From assembly GCA_963755715.1 (NCBI GenBank), contig CAVWLW010000046.1:1-16064 (forward strand): a stretch of 16,064 nt of DNA. Direction: 5' to 3'. Position 1 is the first letter of the stretch; each line of letters starts with the position of its first letter. The position numbers and the translations under genes were made by a program. This document shows positions 1 to 8,728 of the stretch, piece after piece. The notes below the pieces were generated by a model that made no database searches, was not told the origin of the DNA, and worked only from the letters and a program-made list of their open reading frames with translations. This DNA is from an uncultured delta proteobacterium. GTDB lineage: Bacteria > Desulfobacterota > Binatia > UBA9968.

Positions 1-1
1 A

Positions 2-1828
<1,827 letters not shown>

Positions 1829-1835
<7 letters not shown>

Positions 1836-1872
1836 GGGGTGAAGGGTAAAGAGTAAGGCGCGTAAGAGTGGA
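1829..1872 (+). repeat. Degenerate purine-rich heptamer tandem repeat overlapping the kinase stop codon
   Basis: ggcgtaa ggggtga agggtaa agagtaa ggcgcgtaa gagtgga; the TAA at 1833-1835 lies within the first unit. Confidence 0.7.
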
Positions 1873-1874
1873 GA

Positions 1875-2036
1875 AAATTCCAATATCGAAATCCGAAACT
1901 CGAAACAAATTCAAATGACGGAAAGCTCAAATTTCCAAACAAATTCGAATCTGCGTGGAGGTTTTGAATTTTCTTCATTTCTGTTTAATTGGATGCCTGT
2001 TTGTTTCGGATTTCGTGCTTCGAATTTCGGATTTTG
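1875..2036. repeat. Palindromic intergenic element, copy 1 (AAATCCG-type heptamer arms; MITE/REP-like)
   Basis: Left arm 1875-1909 is aaattcc aatatcg aaatccg aaactcg aaacaaa. Right arm 2000-2034 is tttgttt cggattt cgtgctt cgaattt cggattt, an imperfect reverse complement. AT-rich against the flanking genes. Confidence 0.88.
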
Positions 2037-2049
2037 ATCAGGAATAATT

Positions 2050-2445
2050 ATGTCTGGGAAGAATATTTTGCTGGTTGAGGACAATGCGGTCAATCGCCGT
2101 CTCGCCGGCTTTTTGCTGCGCTCGCAGGGCTACGAGGTGCGTGAGGCGACGACGGCGCTGGAGGCGTTTGAAATGCTGAAGAATAACCATCCCGATCTGA
2201 TCGTGATGGACATTCAGCTTCCGGGAATGGATGGGCTCGAAGTTACCAGGAAACTGAAGGAGCAGCCGGCCACGGCTGATATTCCGGTAATCGCTGTAAC
2301 CTCATATGCGATGAAGGGCGACCGCGAGAAAGCGCTGGCTGCCGGCTGTGCCGGCTACGTTACCAAGCCGATCGACAAGAACACGTTCATCCAAGAAGTG
2401 GCGGCGCACGTCGGGAGTAAGTCGAAGATTGAAAAGGGAGAATGA
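2050..2445 (+). CDS. Single-domain response regulator (CheY/DivK-like receiver)
   Basis: ILLVEDN, phospho-acceptor LIVMDIQLPGMDG, IAVTSYAMKGDREKALAAGC and YVTKP; AGGA upstream of the ATG. Confidence 0.95.
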   Translation: MSGKNILLVEDNAVNRRLAGFLLRSQGYEVREATTALEAFEMLKNNHPDLIVMDIQLPGMDGLEVTRKLKEQPATADIPVIAVTSYAMKGDREKALAAGCAGYVTKPIDKNTFIQEVAAHVGSKSKIEKGE

Positions 2446-2474
2446 TTCACCGCTGAGGCGCTGAGGACGCGGAG
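2446..2474 (+). repeat. Short 8-9 bp tandem repeat (cgctgagg cgctgagga cgcggag)
   Basis: ttcaccgctgaggcgctgaggacgcggag begins immediately after the TGA of the receiver gene. Confidence 0.55.
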
Positions 2475-2490
2475 TATAGGCAACAAACGC

Positions 2491-2676
2491 AAATTCGAAA
2501 CTCGAAATCCGAAACAATTTAAAATGAGCGAAAGAGAAAGCATCAAATCCGAAACAAATTCAAATGACCAAAAATCACAAACTCGATTCGGATTTGGCGT
2601 TTTGAATTTTCTCCGATTTTGGATTTGTTTGACCGTCTGTTTGTTTAGGATTTCGTGCTTCGAATTTCGGATTTTG
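2491..2676. repeat. Palindromic intergenic element, copy 2, with a duplicated left arm
   Basis: 2637-2676 matches 1997-2036 at 39/40 nt. cgaaacaaattcaaatgac is shared (1901-1919 and 2550-2568), as is gttttgaattttct (1961-1974 and 2599-2612). An extra left arm aaattcg aaactcg aaatccg aaacaat lies at 2491-2518. Confidence 0.9.
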
Positions 2677-2734
2677 TTTCGAAGCCGTCTTGACGCAATA
2701 ATCTGTTGAAAACAGAAAGCGTAAGTATTCAAGA

Positions 2735-4090
2735 ATGGCAATTACCGGTGCAAGAGTCCTGATCGTCGATGACGACCCTGCTTCGCGTCGTCTCTTGGAG
2801 GTAAGGCTTCGTCCGCTGGAATCTGACGTGACTACAGCCGGCAACGGCGAGCAAGCGCTGAGCGCAATCCGGAAAGATGTGCCGGACTTAGTTCTTCTGG
2901 ACCTGCAGATGCCCCGGATGGGCGGCATGGAGGTGCTGCGCGCGCTACGCAGGGAAGAAATCGATGTTCCGACCATCGTTATCACCGCGCACGGTTCCAT
3001 CGAGACCGCGGTCGAGGCTATGAAAGAGGGAGCCTATGACTTCATCACCAAGCCGATCGATGCGAATCACTTCGATATCGTGGTGCGCAAATCCTTGGAG
3101 CGGGTAGGACTCAAAAGAGAGTTGGAACTTTTCTCCGAAGACGCGGATAAGCGTTATCGGCTGATTATCGGCAAGAGCGAAAAGATGAAAGAAGCCGTGG
3201 AAACCGCCAGGAAGGCGGCGACCAGCAAGGCGACTGTTTTGCTCCTCGGAGAAAGTGGCACCGGGAAAGAGGTCTTCGCGCGCGCGATTCACAATTGGAG
3301 CGAAAGGAACAACCAACCGTTCGTCGCCATTAACTGCGTAGGGTTATCCAAGGAACTTCTCGAGTCCGAACTGTTCGGCCATGAAAAGGGCGCGTTCACG
3401 GGGGCGGACCAACAAAAAAAGGGCAAGATGGAGCTGGCGAACGGCGGCACAGTCTTCCTCGACGAGATAGGCGATGTCTCCCAGGAGCTTCAAACCAAGC
3501 TGTTGAGGTTTCTTCAGGAACGCGAGTTCGACCGGGTCGGCGGCGTTAGGCCGATCCACGTCGATGTCCGGATCATTGCCGCGACCAATCGCGACTTGGA
3601 CGGCGCGGTCAAAGAGGGCCGTTTCCGCCACGATCTTTACCATCGACTGAACGTCGTGCCCATCGCGCTTGCTCCTTTGCGGGAAAGAGCGGAAGACATC
3701 CCGGTCTTGGCGCATTATTTCATGGACCGTTATGCCAAAGAGGCAAAAAAGAATTTCAGCGAGATTGCCGTCGATGCGCTGCAGCAGCTCTCTGCTTATG
3801 AGTGGCCAGGCAACGTGCGTGAGCTCGGCAATGTCATCGAAAGGGCTATCGTTCTGGGTCGCGGACCGCAACTTACGATCCAGGATTTACCGTCGAGAGT
3901 TGTTGCGTCCGTAGCGCGTCCATCAATCGACGGTCGGTCCTACCGCGACGCGATGGAATATTACCGACGAGAGTTGTTTCTCGCAGCTCTGGAGCGCTGT
4001 CACGGCAATCGCGCCGCCGCGGCGAGGCAGCTCGGCCTGCACGAAAAATATTTTTTGAGACTGTTAAAATCACTGGCGATTGGCGGCTAG
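2735..4090 (+). CDS. Sigma54-dependent response regulator, NtrC/AtoC family (REC-AAA+-Fis HTH)
   Basis: REC (VLIVDDD, LVLLDLQMP, FITKP), Walker A GESGTGKE, ESELFGHEKGAFTGA, Walker B FLDEIG, RIIAATN, WPGNVREL and C-terminal HTH GNRAAAARQLG. Confidence 0.97.
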   Translation: MAITGARVLIVDDDPASRRLLEVRLRPLESDVTTAGNGEQALSAIRKDVPDLVLLDLQMPRMGGMEVLRALRREEIDVPTIVITAHGSIETAVEAMKEGAYDFITKPIDANHFDIVVRKSLERVGLKRELELFSEDADKRYRLIIGKSEKMKEAVETARKAATSKATVLLLGESGTGKEVFARAIHNWSERNNQPFVAINCVGLSKELLESELFGHEKGAFTGADQQKKGKMELANGGTVFLDEIGDVSQELQTKLLRFLQEREFDRVGGVRPIHVDVRIIAATNRDLDGAVKEGRFRHDLYHRLNVVPIALAPLRERAEDIPVLAHYFMDRYAKEAKKNFSEIAVDALQQLSAYEWPGNVRELGNVIERAIVLGRGPQLTIQDLPSRVVASVARPSIDGRSYRDAMEYYRRELFLAALERCHGNRAAAARQLGLHEKYFLRLLKSLAIGG

Positions 4091-4103
4091 TGAACTTTGA
4101 CAT

Positions 4104-4190
4104 TCGTTTCGTGTCTTGTCGAAAACCCTTCGACAGGGCGAACGGATAAAGGAACAACCGTTCGTGGTGAGGCTCTCGAACCAGGAACGG
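4104..4190. repeat. REP-like palindrome cluster between convergent genes; possible bidirectional terminator or RNA-stability hairpins
   Basis: gtcttgtcgaa pairs with ttcgacagggc (with G-U pairs); cgaacgg pairs with ccgttcg; followed by ccgttcgtggtgaggctctcgaacca-ggaacgg. Confidence 0.65.
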
Positions 4191-4225
4191 TAAACGCAAT
4201 TCAAGCGCTACGGTCTACTGATCAT

Positions 4226-4690
4226 CTACATGGCGCTCCAGCTCGTCGTTCGCTTCGGTTGAATCAAAATCATCGGCAATTTATCAATTCTCATTTTTCG
4301 ATACTGCGAGTATTTTCGTCGTAAAAGCTTCACTGCCTTGCCGTGTCTGGCGCCGCTCAGCAGCATGCGGGCTTTGCCGCTTACCAGAACATAGGAAAGC
4401 TTGCGCCAATTTTCTTCATAGTGATCGATGACGAGAGAGACTTGCGGGTTTTTGAGAACATTACGAATCCGTTTGAGTTTCTGCGGTGCGGTGCGCTTCG
4501 GTTTCTCGTCGATAGGCGAATAAAAATCATTGCCATCGAAGACGAAACAGATCGGGATGACGTGTGGCTGACCGCGGGCATCGCCGGTGGCCAGATGGGC
4601 GACGCGCGCGGAGCGGACAAGGCGTAAGGCGGCAGGGATGAGGCGTAGGGGCGCCGCATGCGGCGTCCCTACTATTGCCTTATGCCTCAT
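4226..4690 (-). CDS. PPOX-class (pyridoxamine 5'-phosphate oxidase-like) putative F420-dependent oxidoreductase, TIGR03668/Rv0121-like
   Basis: ARVAHLAT, GQPHVIPICF, YSPIDEKPKR, LKRIRN..NPQVSLVIDHYEENWRKL and LLRRKYSQY match this family from memory. The start is uncertain because it lies in repeat DNA. Confidence 0.85.
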   Translation of the reverse strand: MRHKAIVGTPHAAPLRLIPAALRLVRSARVAHLATGDARGQPHVIPICFVFDGNDFYSPIDEKPKRTAPQKLKRIRNVLKNPQVSLVIDHYEENWRKLSYVLVSGKARMLLSGARHGKAVKLLRRKYSQYRKMRIDKLPMILIQPKRTTSWSAM

Positions 4691-4702
4691 GCCTCATGCC
4701 TC
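4614..4702. repeat. Nested hairpin: heptamer arms enclosing a 28-bp GTAG-type REP-like palindrome
   Basis: Arm cggacaa ggcgtaa ggcggca gggatga ggcgtag (4614-4648); core gtaggggcgccgcatgcggcgtccctac (4645-4672, 13 of 14 pairs Watson-Crick); arm ttgcctt atgcctc atgcctc atgcctc (4675-4702). Confidence 0.85.
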
Positions 4703-4703
4703 T

Positions 4704-5696
4704 CTACAGTTTAAACTCTCCCACCGCGCTGGGTGCAAAGATGTCCTCCACTTTCAATGGTTTTTTGATTAGTCCTTGCTCGCTCAAATAGCGCAGCAGG
4801 GATTCGAGCACGTGGCGGTTGGGCTCGATGCCGTAGGGCCACCAATCGGGACCGAAAATTTCTCTGAGCTGCTCTCGTTCCCACGACAGCCAGGGCAGCG
4901 CGTAGGCGTGGGCGTTGGAGATATGCATGGTTTCCATAGCGCGGTTCTTGGCGTCGCAGAAAGCTTTGAACAGACTGCGCGCCACCCATGGGTGGCGTTC
5001 ATACACGTCTTTACGAACCACCAGGATATGCATGATGGGAAAAATCTTGGTGCGCTTGTAATATTCGATCTCCACTTCTTTGTAGTTGGGAAACAGGCGG
5101 CGCACTTTTCCTGAGCCGTCGCCGAGGCCAGACGGACTGCGGGCGGAAATCAGCGCGTCGATTTCACCGCTCTCAAGCATGCCATTGAGCGTTTTATCAT
5201 CGGGAATGGACTGCACGCTGATTTCCGGCGGAAGGTCCAGTTTGACTCGTTCCTTTCGGCCGGGATCTGTCTGGCCGCCGAGAAACCATTTCATATCTTG
5301 CGCTCTGACGCCGTAGTCATCGCTAAAAAAACCGCGAATCCAGACCCCCGCTGTCATAGCGTACTCCGGCGTGCCGATCTTTTTGCCTTTGAAGTCTTCG
5401 GGTTTCTTAATTCCCGAGTCGACGTTGTAGTAAACCGAAGAATGCCTGAAGTAGCGCGAGGGAAATATCGGAATACCCACAAAGGGGGAGTTGCCTTGAC
5501 CGATCATCGTGACATGGGCGGAGAGCGACATTTCCGAGACGTCGAATTCTCTGTAATGTCCCATGCGCCAAAAAATTTCCTCCGACTGCATCGGAATATA
5601 GTTTAACTTGATTCCTTCCGGCTCCACCGATCCGTCCTGAAGAGCCTTGGTCCGGTCGTAGTCGCCGCAGGCGAGAGTTAAAAATAACTTTTCCAC
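4704..5696 (-). CDS. 4,5-dihydroxyphthalate decarboxylase-like protein (periplasmic-binding-protein type 2 fold, no signal peptide)
   Basis: LTLACGDYDRT, EFDVSEMSLS, PIFPSRYFRHS, GTPEYAMTAGVWIRG, TKIFPIMH and WWPYGIEPN; GTG start with GGAGG upstream. The true substrate cannot be read from the sequence. Confidence 0.8.
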   Translation of the reverse strand: MEKLFLTLACGDYDRTKALQDGSVEPEGIKLNYIPMQSEEIFWRMGHYREFDVSEMSLSAHVTMIGQGNSPFVGIPIFPSRYFRHSSVYYNVDSGIKKPEDFKGKKIGTPEYAMTAGVWIRGFFSDDYGVRAQDMKWFLGGQTDPGRKERVKLDLPPEISVQSIPDDKTLNGMLESGEIDALISARSPSGLGDGSGKVRRLFPNYKEVEIEYYKRTKIFPIMHILVVRKDVYERHPWVARSLFKAFCDAKNRAMETMHISNAHAYALPWLSWEREQLREIFGPDWWPYGIEPNRHVLESLLRYLSEQGLIKKPLKVEDIFAPSAVGEFKL

Positions 5697-5729
5697 GTAG
5701 GTTCCTCCGGGATTTCGTTGGGTCGAGGT

Positions 5730-5797
5730 TGGAATATGGATGATCGAGAATAATTCGATCCGAATTTTTCAATTATCCATTTTCCATTTTTAATTCA
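5730..5797. repeat. AT-rich hairpin with AAAATGG-type heptamer arms between the permease and the decarboxylase-like gene
   Basis: 5730-5750 versus the reverse complement of 5766-5786 match at 17/21; inner stem aattcg-atc-cgaatt. The - strand reads tgaatta aaaatgg aaaatgg ataattg aaaaatt starting at the permease TGA. Confidence 0.7.
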
Positions 5798-7552
5798 TTT
5801 CGTGTCCCAGCGCGAGTAGTGCTGGGCAATGGCGATCAGGATGACTGAGATGACCGAGATCACGAGGCCGATGGCGGCGACGCGGCCGCGCATGCCGTCG
5901 AGATAAAGAAAATAAAGCAGCGGGCCGAGCGGCTCCGAGCCGGGGCTATAAAGAAATAACGTTGCGCTGAACTCGCGCATGAAAATCGTTACTAAGATGA
6001 TCCACCCGGCGATCACGCCGGGACGCATCATCGGGATCAACACGCGGCGAAAAGTCGCCAAAAAACCGGCGCCGCAGACGATCGAGGCTTCTTCGAGTTC
6101 CTTATGAACTTGAATAATGGTGCTCGTTACGGCCCTGAGACCATAAGGCAAAAAGCGGGTGACGTACGCGATTAGGATGATCCAAATCGTCGCATAAATC
6201 GGAATCGGAAAATCGACATAAGCCCAAAGCAGGCCCAACGCCATCGCAGTGCCGGGAAAGGCCCAGGGGATAAATACCAATACTTCGATGAGACCGCGCG
6301 CCGCGATCTTGGTGCGGACTGTGATATAGGACGCCAACGAAGCGAGGATCATGCAGACCGTGGCACCGACCAGGGCGAGGAAAAGGCTATTGGCGAATGC
6401 CTTGTGGACGCGCGGCGTCGCCCACACATAGCGGAAATGGTCCAGAGTCAGACGCTGCCAGGTTTGCCAGGTCGGCACGTGATAGTAAGGCAGCAGGGCG
6501 ACGAGCAGCAATACGAGGATCGGCAACACGACCAACAAAATGAGCAGCAACAGCGCCACGCCGGACGCCGGGTAACGCCACGGACCCAAATCGATTTGAT
6601 GCGGGCGAAAACCTTTGCCGGTAACGGTTGAATAGTTTTCAACTTGAGAAGTAAAACGGCGATACAGGTAGACGAAGATGAGAGCCACGCCGAGGATACC
6701 GACGCCGTAAGCCGCCGCTAAATTATGATTGGTCGGAAACGAGCCTAAAGCTTCGCGCCAGATTTTTGTCGTGAAGACTTCGATGCGCGCGGGCAGAGCG
6801 ATGATCGCCGGCGTATCGAAGCTTTCCACGGCCCGGACGAAATTCAAAGTTCCCGCGGCGAGTATCGCCGGACGAATCAAGGGGAAAGTGACGCGGCGCA
6901 TCACGCCGAATTCATTCGATCCCAGGGTTTTGGCCGATTCTTCCAGGGATGGGTCCATGCTCTTCAAAGCCGCGGCGACGATCAAAAACGCCAGGGGCGT
7001 TAAGATGAGCGATTCAACGAAAATCAGGCCGGGCATCGAATAGATATTGAACGGTCCCTTTTCCAGGCCAAAGAACTTTACGAATAGGCCGTTGATCAGC
7101 CCGTTGCTCGGATTGAGCAACATCACCCAAGAGATCGACACCAGGATCGGCGGCAAGATATTCGGAATAATCGCGGTCAATTCAAACAGGCGGCGAAACG
7201 GCGCGTTAGTGCGGATCGTGATCCAGGCAAGCGCCAGCGCAAATACGATTGACAATCCCGATGCGCCGAGACCGAAAATGAACGAATTTAGCAGTAAAGG
7301 ATAGGCTTCGGCATCGCCGTAGGCGCGCACGTAATTTTGCAACGTAAAGTGCCCCGGCACTCCGAGGGGCGCGTCGGTGAGGCTGCCGTAAAAAAGAAAA
7401 AAAGTCGGATAGAGACTGAGAAAGGCAATAATGCTGCCGACGAAGAGAAACACCCAACTAACCGGCTGGGCCAGGAAGGCGCCGAGCCGGGAACGGCTCC
7501 AGGCAGTCGTCAAAGACGGTTCGACCGCTAGCGCTCTTTCGTCTGCAGACAC
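5795..7552 (-). CDS. ABC transporter permease, FbpB/ThiP-type (two fused BPD_transp_1 domains)
   Basis: Many hydrophobic segments and two EAA loops (MDPSLEESAKTLGS and VHKELEEASIVCGA). Exact start uncertain. Confidence 0.92.
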   Translation of the reverse strand: MSADERALAVEPSLTTAWSRSRLGAFLAQPVSWVFLFVGSIIAFLSLYPTFFLFYGSLTDAPLGVPGHFTLQNYVRAYGDAEAYPLLLNSFIFGLGASGLSIVFALALAWITIRTNAPFRRLFELTAIIPNILPPILVSISWVMLLNPSNGLINGLFVKFFGLEKGPFNIYSMPGLIFVESLILTPLAFLIVAAALKSMDPSLEESAKTLGSNEFGVMRRVTFPLIRPAILAAGTLNFVRAVESFDTPAIIALPARIEVFTTKIWREALGSFPTNHNLAAAYGVGILGVALIFVYLYRRFTSQVENYSTVTGKGFRPHQIDLGPWRYPASGVALLLLILLVVLPILVLLLVALLPYYHVPTWQTWQRLTLDHFRYVWATPRVHKAFANSLFLALVGATVCMILASLASYITVRTKIAARGLIEVLVFIPWAFPGTAMALGLLWAYVDFPIPIYATIWIILIAYVTRFLPYGLRAVTSTIIQVHKELEEASIVCGAGFLATFRRVLIPMMRPGVIAGWIILVTIFMREFSATLFLYSPGSEPLGPLLYFLYLDGMRGRVAAIGLVISVISVILIAIAQHYSRWDTK

Positions 7553-7564
7553 AAGTCGACCAAA

Positions 7565-8575
7565 CTAATGCAAGAAGATCTGCTGGTATTCTTTCTTCTT
7601 CTCGGCGAACTTCTTTGGGTCGAGGTCATACATCTCGACGAACTGAATTTTGTCGGCGTCCGGCAGCGGCGGGTAGATGCCCTTGCGATTTACGAACTCG
7701 CCAAGCTTCGCGATCGTAGCCATGTTTTCTGCGCCGAGAAAATAGTCGATGAACGCTTTACCGGCGTTGGCGTGGGGCGCTTTGCTATTTAAACCCAGGT
7801 AGTGTCCGTCGCCCATGAATTTCCCCAACCGGACATAATCGAGCGGCGCTCCTCTTTGACCGAACATATAAACATACTTGACGTAAGTGATCGCGATCGG
7901 CGTCTCGCCGGTGGCGACCCGTTCGGCGGCCGGCAGGAGCGATTCCACCAATATCGGTTTTTGCGCGGCCAAGTCGCGGATAAATTTCTCGGATTTCTCC
8001 TTGCCCATGACCTTGTCCAAACTGGCGACCCATTGTGTGGTCGTCGTGTGCTGGGTGGGGTCGGGCATGACAAGCTTGCCGCGGTATTGCGGCTTGACGA
8101 GGTCCTCGAGAGACTTGGGCGCATCGGCCGGTTTGATTATGTCTTTGTTGTAGACCACGCCGATGACGACGTTACGGTAACGCGGACCGAGATTCGGATC
8201 GATCGACTCCGTCGTGAATTCTTTCGCCGCCGGCGAATCGTACTTGGCGAAAAGCCCTTCTTTGAACATGATCTGCATCGGATTATCGTTGGTCAGGATA
8301 ATATCGAAGAGCGGTTTGCCGGCGCGGTATTCGCTGAGCGCGCGGTCCATGACCTTGGTTGCGGACGCGCGCCAGTATTCAACGTCGATGCCGGTTTTTT
8401 TCTTAAACGGAACGAAGGCTGCATCAGCGGTGTCCGATTCCAACGATCCGTAGACGACGGTTTTACCTTCTTTCTTACCCGCGGCGATAAGACTGGAGCT
8501 CTGACTATAGAGCGGCGCGGCGCTCAAAATCGTCGCGCCGCATAGCGCAAGAAAAAAATTGCACTGCCTGAGCAT
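7565..8575 (-). CDS. ABC transporter extracellular solute-binding protein (Fe3+/thiamine/polyamine cluster)
   Basis: ATG at 8575 has GGAGG upstream and is followed by a signal-peptide-like segment (MLRQCNFFLALCGATILSAAPLYS), so it is preferred over the TTG at 8617. Motifs AGKKEGKTVVYGS, VVYNKD..APKSLEDL and APHANAGKAFIDYFLG. Confidence 0.9.
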   Translation of the reverse strand: MLRQCNFFLALCGATILSAAPLYSQSSSLIAAGKKEGKTVVYGSLESDTADAAFVPFKKKTGIDVEYWRASATKVMDRALSEYRAGKPLFDIILTNDNPMQIMFKEGLFAKYDSPAAKEFTTESIDPNLGPRYRNVVIGVVYNKDIIKPADAPKSLEDLVKPQYRGKLVMPDPTQHTTTTQWVASLDKVMGKEKSEKFIRDLAAQKPILVESLLPAAERVATGETPIAITYVKYVYMFGQRGAPLDYVRLGKFMGDGHYLGLNSKAPHANAGKAFIDYFLGAENMATIAKLGEFVNRKGIYPPLPDADKIQFVEMYDLDPKKFAEKKKEYQQIFLH

Positions 8576-8662
8576 GATTGTCCTCCGGATTTTATTCGTG
8601 AGCCGAGTCGTTGCCAAGAGCGCCCGAATATTTTCAGATTTCTGCTATCGAGTCAAGGATGG

Positions 8663-8691
8663 TTGACAGCCGTAATTGCTGATCATATAAA
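8663..8691 (+). promoter_or_regulatory. Sigma70-type promoter for the amidohydrolase gene
   Basis: TTGACA (8663-8668), 17-bp spacer, TATAAA (8686-8691); AAGGGAG RBS before ATG 8729. Confidence 0.7.
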
Positions 8692-8728
8692 AACTTTTTG
8701 AGCCAGAACGAAGGGAGAAATACATTTA

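Noticed and set aside
1875-2676. CRISPR array suggested by the recurring ~40-bp repeat
   Set aside because: Only two copies, 640 bp apart with a whole gene between them; no regular spacers and no cas genes.
2302-2741. Small ORFs 2524..2709 (+), 2355..2741 (-), 2302..2517 (-), and similarly 1706..1978 (-) and 1911..2093 (-)
   Set aside because: They are translations of the heptamer elements (FEFRI, NSKHEI, NPK patterns) or overlap real genes; no recognisable domain.
4097-4324. 75-aa ORF after the NtrC-type gene
   Set aside because: Runs through the REP-like palindromes and overlaps the PPOX gene antisense; TTG start and no domain.
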